DNA from: the human T2T-CHM13v2.0 reference genome, Homo sapiens
DNA: 64,000 nucleotides
Assembly (NCBI RefSeq): GCF_009914755.1
Contig: NC_060926.1
Direction: 5' to 3' (one strand)
The position numbers and the translations under genes were made by a program. The notes beneath the pieces are model-generated. The model made no database searches. It was given only the letters and a program-made list of their open reading frames with translations, and was not told the origin of the DNA. Below are positions 13,721 through 26,992 of this stretch, piece by piece. How positions within the stretch are numbered: the first letter of the stretch is position 1; every line of letters starts with the position of its first letter.

Positions 13721-16284
13721 TGTTCATCTCACCACATCTGTTTCATCTGAGGAATTGTCAGGCACTGTAGTTGGGAAGGTCTGCTGTGGATGATAAGAAC
13801 TCACTGAGCAATAAGTAATAGAATTTATACAGAGATGTTTTCACTCCTTTCTGTGATTATGACTGCTAGGCTGAAACTTTTGGGAAGAACCTTTGGAATT
13901 GTGACCCACCTCAGCTATGCTTCACCCCTATTCTTGTGATTCCATAGGTTCTGTGGTAACTTCAAGCCATAGAATCAGTACAGGCTCTTGAGTAGCATTT
14001 CAGAGACGACTACTTGAGTTGGAATCATTGTAGCCCTAGAATAAAACAGTCCTATGTTCAAATCTTCACACCACCATTATTCTCTGTGTCCATTTTTTTC
14101 CTCTCTGAAAGTAGCTAAAATAACTTACTTTAACAGAGTAATTGAGGGTTATAAAAAAATGGGAAAATGGTCTGAGATTTAGTAGGAATTCAGTAAATGC
14201 TATTTTGATTATTCTGTTTCTCATTACTGGAGGGTGATGATAGATTCAACCTAGTCTCTATGTTATTCTCCAGGAGCTAGCTGGAGACTGTGGAGTTTCA
14301 GAAACTGCCTTACAAAGTGGGGCTTCAGTCAAGAGTCCTCTACAGCTGTGTAGCACCTTGACATTTTATTTTAAACAGAGTGAAAATGAAATATATATTA
14401 TGTACCCTACTTCCCTAAGGAGCAGCTTTTAAGTCTTCTATCCCTACATACTAGCCTATGGATAAACAAAAAAAAAAATGGTGCAATATTTGTATTTTTA
14501 TATTGTGGTAGAAACATCTTCAAAATTATTTGAGTATATTTCTAAATAAACCTCTGCATTACTGTTTCTTTTCATTGTAATGAAACTTACAGTAGAAAAA
14601 GCTATAGAAGCATATTTTCATCAATCTGTATGATCAGATATATGTGACCATAATAGCCTATTTGGGTTGTTTCCCCCAGTCTCCACATTTCTTTCTCTTT
14701 CCTCTCAGGAAATATGTATTTTATGGGCAGAAATGTGAAAATTTCATTAGAGTCAAAATGTAATAGTAGAAACATCCAACTGTACAGAAACACCCAATAG
14801 CAGAATGAAGGGAAATCCTGACTCCAGAATCCTAACCACTGAAAAACAGCACGGGTGTGGAATGCAGAGTGAGGCATGCAGGCAACAACCAAACTCTCAC
14901 CTTAAATCACAACATCAAAATAATCTCAAACAGATTACAGGATTTGAACAACTCCCAGAATAAGCAGCTTATATTTCTGTTTCTTCTCTTCCAGGGAATA
15001 CTTACTTGGTGTTTAAAGTTTATTTCATAACAGTACTGCGTTTGTTCTCCTTTTTCCAATGTATGGCCAAAGCATCTATGGGCAGATACAAAATAAAGTA
15101 TATGTCATTGAAACTACATTTCCCTTAAATAAATTGCCTCTTATGAGATAAATAATAGGAGAAATTATCTAAAAGGATTGTATTAATTCTTATAAAGAGA
15201 AGAGAAAACACAGATCAAGGGTGAAAAGCTATAGGGAGAATTTTAAGTTCAAAGACTTTTTTGTGTTAACTGTAGATCCCCTAAGTTATACAATTCATAG
15301 TTTTTTACTGCATTAAACAGAGACTTTGTAATTCTTTTGTACATTCTTGCCACTAATAAAAAAAAGATAACAACAGAAAACAAATAATTATATGCTGTAT
15401 TTATCAATTTATCATTTTATTCCGTTTTATGGTACGTCTCCTATTATGGGAACTATAGATTTTGCACCTGGCTCTGCTTAAGACTAAGCTTTATAAGTAA
15501 TATATTTTCCCATTTTAATTAAAGGGAGCAGTTGTATTACTTGTGTGGGCTGAGGCATCAAAGAGGAAAGAATAGAATACATTCACAGAAAATGTTCTTA
15601 CAATATGAAAGTTTAAGAGCCATTTTTAACCACCCTTGTTAACAGTGCATGTGTAGTTTATAAAGACTCATGTCTGGATATGACTAAAAAATAAAATTGC
15701 AAATTGGACACAAGTAGACAGAAAGAAACGCTGTAAATTACTGTGTATGTACAGTAATTACTCCAAGAAAATAAATGTTACTGTGACATTCTGGCCATGA
15801 TCCCAGAAAATTCACAAATATTCCATTGTACTTCATTCTTTAACTTTAAAGATTGTGTTAATACTTAATTATATATTAATCAACAACATTAAAATGTGGG
15901 TTATAAATATTTTGGAGCAATTCAAACAATGAGCACTAAATGTGATAGAATTTCAGCTTTATTCTTCTCTGAAGATTCGTGTACATGCACACAGCTCATC
16001 TCCTTCGTGGTTAGGGCAGAGTAGTACACTTTAGTGGTCACTGATGGTGTGCTCTCTCTTCCCTTTGTTTTTCCCACAGGCATTAGAAAATATCAGAAGA
16101 TTTCTGATGATAGCACTTTGAGTCCATGTGTTTATCTTTTCCTTCACTGTAAATCCTATAGAAAAGTCTAGGGAAATATATAAGTGAGAAAGAATTAAAG
16201 ATAGCAAACCAGATTAGATATCATCATTGAAGCTGATTAAGTAAATTGTCAATTAATGGACAATAATCTGAATTTTAACCCTGA

Positions 16285-16644
16285 TGCTATGGGTTGAATT
16301 GTGAAAATTCATATATTGAAGTCCTAAAACTCAGCATCTCAGAATGTGACTATATTTGGAGATAAGGTCTCAACAGAGGTAATTAGCTCGTTAGTGTGAG
16401 CCCTAATCCAGTATGACTGGTGTCTTTATAAGAAGGAGAAATTAGACACAGACACACACAGAGGAAAGACCAGGGGAAGACACAGGAGAAGACAGCTACA
16501 TGCCAAAGAGGGGACCTCAGGAGAAACCAATCTGAAACCTTGATCTTGGACTCCTAGCCTCCAGACTCTGAAGAAATAAATTCCTGTTGTGTGATCTATC
16601 CCATCTGTGGTAATTTATTATGGCAGCCCTAGAAAACTAATTCA
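16285..16644 (+). mobile_element. MLT1B solo LTR
   Basis: tgctatgggttgaattgtg...ggcagccctagaaaactaattca; TSD CCTGA/CCTGT. Confidence 0.88.
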
Positions 16645-17559
16645 CCTGTCAAAGGATTGACCTACCTCCAAACTAAGTGGAGGTGTTTCCCAAACAAAGC
16701 TCTAAAAACTCTGAAGCATAATAGTGGCTGGGAAGATGCCCCATAACCTTAACTTGGAAGGAGCTAAAAGGTAGCAGGAAAAGGTGATGGAGTCAGATTT
16801 AGCTGAGCCTGAAGCAAATGAAAGCAGCGTTTGTCCTCAGATTTCATTTAATGTAAACACGATGGCTCCTAATATGAGAGATAAGGATAAAAGAACGTGA
16901 GCCCAGAACCTTAATAGGTGGCTTTGGGTTACCACAACAAAAATGAGTTAAAACAAACAACAAAAAAGATCCAGAACTTCCTGAATTTCCATAGCATTCC
17001 TGGTTGTCTGGCTACAAGTTTCCTCTCTGACTTGATACAGACCCCCCTAAAATCCAACCAGCAGATGCTGGAGGAAACTTTGGGGAGCATGCCCAGCAGA
17101 TAATACATTGAAAAGCTTTGAGAATTGTGTGAGAACCCTATGCCTTAAGTGATTTCTCTCAATGTTTTCTTGGTACAGGGAGATTGCATAGTGGAGTGGA
17201 GACTGAGTGTGTTGAGTACAGTAGAATTCAGCATCTGATGCGACACACTCTACTCATCAACACGTCCAACTGTAGACTAAGCACCAACAGGAAAAGGAAA
17301 AACCACAGAATCAGAGCTCTTAAGAGGGAGTCCATGATAAACAATGACCATGAATGGTCTTTTAATTAATTTACATCAAAATAGTAGTGAGTAGTAAATA
17401 AAGAAAAAAATATTTAAGAACAATGTATCTTAATGCTTTCTAATTTTAATTTTTAGATTCTAAGTCTTAGGTTCTAAACTCATTTCTAAAGCTCACTTTG
17501 AACTTTGCAAGTAGTCAATTGTAATTATTTTAAGGATTATTTAACTAGAAAATGTGTGA

Positions 17560-17850
17560 CAGTGATATACTGAAATTGGTTTATCATAGCTCACAAGAAT
17601 AAATTTATTAATAAATTATTAATAAATAATTATTACATTTAAATGATTAATAAATTGGTATTTAATATTAATGATAAATTAGGCATACTTTTCCTAATTC
17701 CACACTCAGTAGCATCAGTGCTGACATCTTGAAATTAGCCATTGAAAAAATATTTACACAGTGAAAAATCAGCAAACTCTAAAAATCAGAGTTTAAGAAA
17801 AAAATTTCCTCCAGAAAGTCCGCAGTTAGGCATTTATCAGTATGCCACTG
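17560..17850. mobile_element. MER63-like hAT-Blackjack non-autonomous DNA transposon
   Basis: Imperfect terminal inverted repeats CAGTGATATACTG ... CAGTATGCCACTG; AT-rich interior. Confidence 0.6.
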
Positions 17851-17899
17851 CATGCATATCTCTGTTACATATAAATATATATAAAATTTCCTATAAAGT

Positions 17900-19755
17900 T
17901 TGAAATATAAAAATGGATAATCTAATTAGCTATAGTAATTAAAATATAAGATATCTAGGAATAAATATAATGAAAATTGTGCAAATATATATGAAGAAAG
18001 TCATAAAAAGTTACTGAAGGACAAAAGGACATACCAGGTATTTGACTGGAATTCTAAATTTTGTAAAAAAGTCAAATCTCCCCAAAAATAATTTCGTAAG
18101 TTTAATGTAATTCCAAAAAAAAATCTATGATTTTGGAGGATTGATTAAAGTTTATGTTTTTCATTTGGATAAAAGATTTGCAAAAAAATAGACAAAAATA
18201 TTTGGAGAAAAATAATACTGAATTTCTATGACCAGTAATTAAAATATTTTATAGACTAATTATATTAATGGGATTTATAACGCAGAATAATGATTATATG
18301 CTTGGAACAGTATAGAATACAGGAACAAGTACATAGATATTTAAATTTAATATATAAATATGGTGGCATTTCAAATCCATGGGTGAAATGGTATATCCCT
18401 ATATAAATAATATTGAAAGAATTGGCTACTTTGGAGGGGAAAAAACAGTTACAGCCTTGTCTCATACCACTGTAACTATTCTTTTGAAGAAGCAGAACTC
18501 ATAGGTTGCAATTATAAACCAACTTTATCTTTTCTCCTTTAAATATACTCTGATGTCTGATAATATCTATTTACCCTTGTTGGCGGCCCTTCGAGACAAG
18601 ACCCAAGTGGTCCCACGTTGTGTGCTTTTGTGTTGAGGAGTATAATGGAGGAGCAAGTATCTGCCTCTGATGCATGAGAAACACTAAGGAACCTCTGTTT
18701 TGAGAAATTCTGAGAATGCAAATCAACAATTCAGCAGCAACCCATCCCTCATTCTAATATCAAAGAAGTTAGTGACCTAAACATGCTCTTGAAGTTACGT
18801 TTTCCATCATGCATCAGACACTGATCCACCACATCCTGAAATTTCAGAGGGCACTCATTGTACTTGCTAAGTGGTCTCCTTAAAGCAAAGGGAGATCCAT
18901 CTATACCATTCCTCCCCCAGAATGATAGTGAGACTCCTAGTCTCACTAGTACAGTAAGAGCTTTAGTCTCACTAGTACAGTAAGAGCTTTAGTCTCACTA
19001 GTACAGTAAGAGCTTTATCCAAAGACCAGACTCTCCTTCAGTCAGCGGCTCCTGACCCTCATGTATTCCTGATGTGGTTGAGAGGTCAAAGTCCTGCAAC
19101 CATCACAATATAAAACTGTATGGCTGCATATGTCTGGCCTCTAGATACTTAAGAAATAAGGGATCTTTTATATCTTGGTGTCTGAACACCAACTTAAATT
19201 TTAGTATCACATTATATATATTTATGAAAGTAAATTCAAAATGGATTCAACATACCATGAAGTATTGAAAGTGTATATATGAAGACTTTTTTATAATCTT
19301 GAGTAAGAAAAGTGTCTTCTTACCATAAAGGGTAGAAATCAGAAAAAGATAGATTTGATTATATAAAAGACTACAGTGATGGATAAAGAATATTAAAAAA
19401 CAAATTATAAACTTGAAAAAAATACTTGTAACGTATATAACAAGTAAATGGTTAATATCCTTACTGCACAAAGATTAGCACAATAATTGAAAATGGCAAA
19501 AAAGACATAAATAGGCAAGTCACTAAAGAAATATGCATGGCCTTTCAATATGTGAAAAGATATTAATCTCATTAATAAATGAATGCAAATTAAAACAGCA
19601 ATGAAGATTTTTGTCTACCATGTTGGCAAATATAAAGATTGATATTTCTCAGCAATGTTAAGGGTATGGGACAACAAAAACTCTCGCGCATTGCTAAAGA
19701 AATGAGTATAATTCAGCAACTTTTTGGATGGTAATCTTGCACAATTTATCAATTA
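17900..19755 (+). mobile_element. Old L1M ORF2 remnant, interrupted at about 18471-19190 by an unclassified insert
   Basis: atatctaggaataaat, gtcaaatctccccaaa and gaatgcaaattaaaacagcaatga are L1 ORF2 motifs on both sides of the insert. Confidence 0.7.
18938..19015. repeat. Tandem repeat, 3 x 26 bp, perfect
   Basis: Unit TAGTCTCACTAGTACAGTAAGAGCTT starts at 18938, 18964 and 18990. Confidence 0.97.
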
Positions 19756-20228
19756 TGTCACGTGTATTGCCTTCGACCCAGTGCAGTGATGCACTGCCCA
19801 GCCCAGCCCCCTTCAGAAATGTGGAACTATTTCCCCAGCTCCTGGGAGTGCTTCTACCAGATAGCCCTCAGCTGTCAATTGTCTTCAGGAATCTCTCTGG
19901 AGGAGAGAGCCACCTGCTCAAAGGCAGAACAGCCCTTCCTTGGGCAGACTGCAGCCAGTGACTAATCAATTCAGGGCCAATCTACTCATTCCAACTTGAG
20001 GTGACTCTAAGAGGCCATTCCAGCTTAAAATTTCCCTGGGGGAAAAGCAGAGATTTCAGCTTTCCTTGAGAGACTGTAAGGCAGTCAATACATCACTAAT
20101 CCTGCTTCCTCCCCTCCCTTATATCCCACAGGTGTTGACTTTACCAGCACTCCTAAATACAACTCCTAAATACGATCTTCACCTTCACCTCCAAGTATGC
20201 TATTGGGAAACCTAATCTGAAATGACCA
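19756..20228 (+). mobile_element. LTR33-like ERVL LTR
   Basis: cccagctcctgggagtgct...agccctcagctgtca and aatcctgcttcctcccctccctt...cacaggtgttga. Confidence 0.65.
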
Positions 20229-20535
20229 GCTATTCTATATCTAAGACTTTATCATAAGGAAATAAGTGCTAAGTGTATAAAGGTGTAAGAGGCAGAATGC
20301 GCCTTCACAGATTAGTATATAAAAGAAAAAAATACAAGCTAAATATCCGGTAATAGGAGAGTGATTAAATACATTATAGACATCAAATCATGAAGTTAAT
20401 AAGCCAGTTATAGAATAGTATACATTTGACTAAAATTTTAAATATCCCATGTTTAGATTTATGTTTATATATTCATAAAAATGTTTGGAAGGATACTTCA
20501 AATGCTCAACAGTGTTTATCCAAGTATTCACCTAC

Positions 20536-23430
20536 TCATACAGTTTGTATGTGCCCACACCCAAATCTCATGTCGAGATGTAATCCCCAATGTCAGAGGC
20601 GGGGCCTGGTGAGAGGTGACTGGATCATGGGGGCAGATTTCTCATGAATAATTCAGCACCATGCCTTTGGTGCTGTAATATGGTTTGGCTGTGTCCTCAC
20701 CTAAATCTCATCTCGAACTGTAGCTCCCATAATTCCCATGTGTTGTGGGAGGGAACTGGTGGGAGATCATTGAACTATGAGGACATTTTCCCCCATACTA
20801 TTCTCGTGGTAGTGAATAAGTCTCATGAGTTCTGATGGTTTTATAAGGGGTTTCCCCTTTCACTTGGTTCTCATTCTCTCTTGCCTGCCACCAGGTAAGA
20901 CGTCCGTTTGCTCTTCCTTCATCTTCCACCATGATTGTGAGGCCTTTCCAGCCATGTGGAACTGTGAGTCCATTAAACCTCTTTCCTTTATAAGTTACCC
21001 AGTCTTGAGTATGTCTTTATTAGCAGGGTGAGAACAGACTAATACATGCTGTCTTCCAGATAGTGAGTTCTTGCGAGATCTGGTCGTTTAAAGTATGTGG
21101 CACCTCCCTCCTTTCTCTCTTGGTCCTGCTTTCACCACGTGATGTGCCTGCTCCTGCTTTGCCTTCCACCATGAATAAAAGCTCCCTAAGGCCTCCCCAG
21201 AAGCAGATGCTGCCATACTTCCTGCACAGCCTGCAGAACTGTGAGCTAATTAAACCTCCTTTCTTCATAAATTACCCAGTCTCAGTTATTTCTTTATAGC
21301 AATTCAAGAATGGCCTAATACAGAAAATTGGTACCAGAAGTGAGCCATTGCTATAAAGATACCTGAAAATGTGGACACAGCTTTGGAATTTGTTACCAGG
21401 TAAAGGCTGGAAGATTATGAAGGGCTCAGAAGAAGACAGGAAGATGAGGGAAGATTCAGAACTCCTTAGAGACCGGTTAAATGGTGTGACCAAAGTGCTG
21501 ATAATAATATGGACAATTAAGTCCAGGCTGCTGAAGTCTCAGATGGAAAGGACTAACTTATTGGGAAATGGAGCAAAGGTCACCTTTGTTATGCTTTAGC
21601 AAAGAATGTGGCTGCATTATGACCCTGCTTTAGGGCTGAAATTGAGAGTAATGACCTAGGGCATCTGGCAGAAGAAATTTCTAAGCATCAAAGCATTCAA
21701 GATGTGATCTAGATGCTTCTAACAACCTATGCTCATATGCAGTAGCAAAGAAATTACATGAAGTTGGAACTTATATTTAAAAGGGAAATGAAGCATATAA
21801 CTTTGAAAAGTTTGCAGCCTGGCCTTGTGGCACAGAAAACAAATGAACAAACAAACAAACAACCAAAAAATAAAAAATAAAAATTAATTAATTAATTAAA
21901 TAAATAAAAAAAACCTTTTTCTGGAGAGAAATTCAAGCAGGCTGTGGAGCTACTACTTGCTAGAGAAATGTGCATAATTAATAGGAGCCTAGGTGCTAAT
22001 ATCCAAAACAATGGGAAAAAGGCCTCAAAGGCATTTCAGAGACCTTCACAGGGCCCCCTCCCATCACAGGCCCAGAGGCCTAGGAGGGAAGAATGGTTCC
22101 ATGGGCGAGGGCCAGGCCCTGCTGCCTTACACAACCTTGGGTCTCTGCTCCCTGCATCGTGGCTGCTCCAGTCATGGCTCAGAGGGGTACAGCTCAGGCC
22201 ACTCCTTTAGACAGTGCAAGCTGTAAACCTTGGTGGCTTCCATGTAGTGTTAAGCCTGCAGGTGCACTGAGTGCAAGAGTTGAGCCATGGGAGCCTCCAT
22301 CTAGATTTCAACGGCGGTATGGAAAGGGCTGGGTATCCAGGCAGAAGCTTGCTGCAGGGGGAGAGCTCTCACAGAAAACTGCTACTAGGACAATGTGGAG
22401 GGGAAATGTGGGGCTGGAGGCCCTACATAGCATCCCCACTGGGGCACTGCCTAGTGGAGCTGTGAGAAGTAGGCCACCATCCTCCAGACCCCAGAATGGT
22501 AGATTCACCAACAGCTTGCACTGTGCACCTAGAAAAGCCACAGGCTCTAAATGCCAGCCCATGAGAGCAGCTCCAGGGGCTGAACACTGCAAAGCCACAG
22601 GGATAGAACTGCCAAAAGCCTTGAGAGCCCACCTCTTACAACAGTGTGCCCTGGATTTGGGACATGGAGTCAAAGGAGATTATCTTGGAGGTTTAAGATT
22701 TAATGACTTCCCTGCTGGGTTTTGAACCTGAGTGGGGTCTATAGCCCTTCATTTTTTTGGCCAATTCCTCCCTTTTGCAATGATAGTATTTACACAATGT
22801 GTATACCCCCATTGCTTCTTGAAGTATCTCTTTTTTGATTTTGCAAGCTCATAGGCAAAAGGGACTAACCTTATTTCAGATGAGACTTTGGACTTTGGAC
22901 TTGTGAGTTAATGTTGGAATGAGTTAAAACTTTGGGGATTATTGGGAAGGCATGATTGTATTTTGAAATTTGAGAAGGACATGAGATTCAGGAGGGGCCA
23001 GGACAGAATGATATAGTTTGTATCTGTGTCCCCACCCATTGAAATGTAATCTCAGTGTTGGAGGTGGAGTCTGGTGAAAGGTGACTGGATCATGGAGGCA
23101 GATTTCTCATGAATGGTTTAGCACCATCCCTCTTGGTACTGTCCTCATGATAGTGAGTGAGTTCTTGTGAAATCTGGTTGTTTAAAATGTGTAGTCAACC
23201 CACCCCTATTGCTCTCTCCCTTGCTCCCATTCTGGTCATGTGATGTGACTGCTTCCCCTTCACCTTTCACCATGATTCTAAGTTACCTGAAGCCTCCCCA
23301 GAAGCCCAGCAGATGCCAGCATCATGCTTTCTGTTCAGCCTGCAGTACTGTGAGCCAATTAAGCTTCTTTTTAAATATATTATCCAATCTCAGATATTTC
23401 TTTATGGCAAAGCAAGAATGGACTAATTCA
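20536..23430 (+). mobile_element. Full-length MSTA-type MaLR provirus: 5' LTR 20536-21322, internal 21323-23008, 3' LTR 23009-23430
   Basis: Internal region starts gaaaattggtaccag and ends ggaggggccaggacagaa; both flanks are MST LTRs. ORFs at 21369-22725 are remnants of the MaLR internal region. Confidence 0.92.
20676..21046 (+). mobile_element. THE1B-type solo LTR nested in the MST 5' LTR
   Basis: taatatggtttggctgtgtc...gagaacagactaataca; perfect TSD TGCTG at 20671-20675 and 21047-21051. Confidence 0.93.
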
Positions 23431-23804
23431 GAAAAATAACACCTACTAAATTGATTTGTTTTATTTTATTGTTGTTTTTGTTGTTTACAGAAAAAAGCCA
23501 TTTAGATATTTGCAATACTTGGTAAACAAAAGCCAATGGAATCTGTTAATAAATACAAGTTGAATGTTTATGCTTGAATCTCTCTTTGGATAAAGAATAC
23601 GACATGAAAGTACCTTTTCTAACTTTCATGACCTATGTAATATAGCTGCTGGCATTTTCATGCTGCATGTTCATAAAATGTTTTGATTTCCTCAATAGAA
23701 AGGTAATCTGTTAGGACAATTGCTTACATTTCTAAATAAATGTAATCATTCTTCATTTCATATGCTCCTTATTCAGACATATTTGGAGGCATCAACAGAA
23801 GATG

Positions 23805-23940
23805 AAAGGACACAAGACCATGACTTTAAACATTTAGGTTCAAATCCTGGTTCTATCTGCAATTACGTATGTAACCCTAAAAACAACTCTGTGTCTCTTT
23901 CCTCATCACATGTGAGAGGAGATTTGTGAGAATTCATATC
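23805..23940 (+). mobile_element. MIR fragment
   Basis: aggttcaaatcctggttct...ctctgtgtctctttcctcatc. Confidence 0.6.
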
Positions 23941-24084
23941 TTCCTTATAGCTGCAACAACATCTAGAAAGATTCTTCTCTAAGAAGAGTTCCTTATAGCT
24001 GCAACAACATCTAGAAAGATTCTTTTCTAAGAAGAGTTCCTTATAGCTGCAACAACCTCTAGAAAGATTCTTTTCTAAGAAGAG
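23941..24084. repeat. Tandem repeat, 3 x 48 bp, near-perfect
   Basis: Unit TTCCTTATAGCTGCAACAACATCTAGAAAGATTCTTYTCTAAGAAGAG starts at 23941, 23989 and 24037; two substitutions in total. Confidence 0.97.
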
Positions 24085-24884
24085 TAAAGTGATATAGTAA
24101 TATAAAGATAAATGGTAGCCCATGAGATTTAAATTGTTTTTGCAATCTTGGAAATCTGTGTTATCCTACCTGTCTCCTACACTTATCTATATTGGGAATC
24201 CTCATTCAACTCCAGATCCCATATAACATCTGTGAGCTGGGTGTTTTAGTTGAGCCAGATAGAGGAGTAACTAGTAGGTCCAGGCAATAGAGTACCAGTA
24301 ATATTTCCAGGATGTAAAACACCCATGGCTAGGAGACAGGATTCTAGTATGGGCTCTGCCAGGAATTCCTGATATGGCCTTTACTATTCACTTGCCTCTT
24401 AGGACCTCTTTCACTAAAAATAGTAAATACACACGTACGCACATAGACACATAGTTACATATATACATACATTCACATATAAATGGTTCAGAAAATAATA
24501 AAGGCATAAAACAACATAATCTAAACTTTTCTTACAGTTCAAGAACACTTGAATAAGTGAACAGTATAAGTGAATAATATAATAATATCAACTTACACAT
24601 AAATATTATATTATTATATATTATGTTGTTTTATGTTCTCAGGCATACTGCTCATCTTACTATTTGTATTTAATTTCCCTGAGCTTTAGCATCTTATTGA
24701 GTCAAATATGGGCCAATAGTTAAAGAGAAGATCTCTGGGTTCTCTCGAGACTCTAAAATCTCAATCTCTGTTTATGGCACACATTTCAGACTGTTTCATG
24801 TGGTGTGTGTGTGTGCGTGTACGTGTGTGTGTTGTATCTCCCCTTGACATTTAGCCCCAAAGTGATAGACCTCAAGCGGGGAGT

Positions 24885-25185
24885 CATTCATTCATTCATA
24901 TATTTAGTAATTTGATGGTTTATTTTGTGTAAGGCACTGTGGTGAATATAAAAGTAAGACGAACGTCTTGCTTCCCTAGACTAACATTTAATAGGTATTA
25001 TACAAATCGTATAGAAATAATGACAACATAAGATAGAAAATAATATGTATGAGTAGTGAACAAGAAGTGTGAAGTGTTTTGGACATTCAGAGTAAGGATA
25101 AAATGCTCCCATATAGGGGAGCTCACACATGGAAGGTTTCATCAAGAATATGGCCTTTGAACCAAGCCTTAAGGATGGAGAACAA
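24885..25185 (-). mobile_element. L2 3' end
   Basis: (cattc)n-like tail, aggcactgtg and tttgaaccaagccttaaggatg. Confidence 0.6.
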
Positions 25186-26959
25186 ATCATATCAAAATTC
25201 TTTGTATGTGGACAAGATAACAGAAAAAAATCAAGAGCAGAAGTTCTTACATCCAGAATTTCTCCCTCCTACTGGCAAGTCAAATCCTAAGTAAGTTGAT
25301 GTTTATTACAGGCTTCAGAAATTTCTTGTCTTTTATTGGTAGTAAATCTAGTGAAAATGTAGTTTACTGGGTTTTTTCTTTGGGCTCACTTTTCAAAGAA
25401 CACTATTTTACAGCCTAATTGATTAGTATAGAAAATCTAAATATCAATATTACTTTAAAGTTGACCCCAGGGTCTCTGAATAGGTGCACTTATGCCTTAT
25501 TGATAAGCCTCTCAATAATAAAACTATTTGAATGTGAAACACATCAAACATTTTAGCTTCTTTCCTGTTTTATTGCCTCAATAGGCAAAAGTCTCTATAC
25601 TCAATAAAACAAATCTGCTTTTGTTTTTATTGCCTTGTCTTTGAAATTGTGGCCCTTTGTCTTACAACCAATGGTGGAGCAGTTACATAGGAAGAAAAGA
25701 AATGGTCGTATTAGAGTACAATGCTTATTTGCTAGAAACAAACAAGCCAATTTTAGTGAAAAAAAACTGACCTAACTCTGTGCTAATTTCTTCAGACTTA
25801 GTAGCCATTCCAATTCTCTCTGACATTTAAAAATTATAAGGCACAGCAAAAAGAAATTCTTAAATGTCAGAATCCTCATAATTTCTTCAACTTTTGCCAC
25901 TGAATTCTTAACTCCTTCCCCAACCCCCCACGCTGCCCCCAGCCTGTGAGTATACTGGGGCAGAAGAGAAGCTAGAAGAGGTACCATGTATATAGTTCTG
26001 CTGGTAGCAAGGCTGTTCAGTCTGACATATACCACCCAATGCAATCCTCAGGCCAGGTTCTCTGACAGGCTCCTTCAGAGTCATTTCACTGCATCACTGG
26101 GCCTATTTTAAAGGTGGAGTCAATGGAAGAAGAAAGTCTGAGAAACTGAGATACCACTATTCTCTTCCCAACATTTCTTTTTCATTAACCCATTAAGGTG
26201 ACTATTTTTAGCTACTGCTGTGGTGCCACATTTGTCTTTAATCTAGTGAATTTTGATTCAAAAGGGGCCAGAAATCATATGGTGATTCTAAATGAGATGT
26301 CAGAAGCAGGGAATGTAGTAGTAATAATAAGAAGACAGAGGGAGGAAATTACAAGTAGAAAGAAGACAAGAAGGATGAAGAAAAGGAGAAAGAGAAAGAG
26401 AGCAAAGAAAGAGATATAAGGTTTACGACACACTTAGAAAAGGAAAGACACACTGGTGTCTTGTATAAATTGTGACCATAACACAGTGAGGATGGCATTG
26501 GTACACATTTTACATACAAATAACCAGTGATTGAGGCTCAAAGATGTAAAGAGCTTACCTTCCATCATACAGCCAACGAGTGGTAGAACTAGGATTCAAA
26601 ATCCCACACAGTTTAATCACTGAGGGTATCCGCTTCTCAAAAGCTGTGGGAGGAAAGTAGTATCTCTAATGAAATTGTATTACGTTTAGAAAAATTTGTG
26701 TAAGTATTCTATGATCTAAAAATACTAACTCAGCACAGGATATATTGAGTATTTATCAGTATGATAACACCTCTTAATCAATACTTGCTAGTGTCATTGT
26801 CAAAGCACTGAAATAAAGGTGGAGATATTCTCTTCTGCTTTTCTTAATATTTTATGTGAACTCCCTTCTTATAAATTCCTATTTTTAAAACCACAAAATA
26901 AAGGAGGCCCCTATTCCTTTTTTCTTCTATCATATTTTCATATACATTCTTGGAGCTGA

Positions 26960-26990
<31 letters not shown>

Positions 26991-26992
26991 GT
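26960..26992. repeat. (TG)n microsatellite
   Basis: Direct reading; one CG interruption. Confidence 0.95.

Noticed and set aside
17598-17680. AT-only quasi-palindromes
   Set aside because: Low-complexity interior of a DNA transposon; expected by chance.
21944-22725. Cluster of ORFs up to 210 aa
   Set aside because: GC-rich MaLR internal region; fragmented and repeat-derived, with no sign of a domesticated gene.
23863-24123. ORF with a repeated Cys-rich 16-mer, and a CRISPR-like look
   Set aside because: Product of the 48-bp tandem repeat; units are contiguous with no spacers and the DNA is eukaryotic.
26198-26419. ORF with a basic NLS-like tail
   Set aside because: Arises from a GA-rich low-complexity tract.
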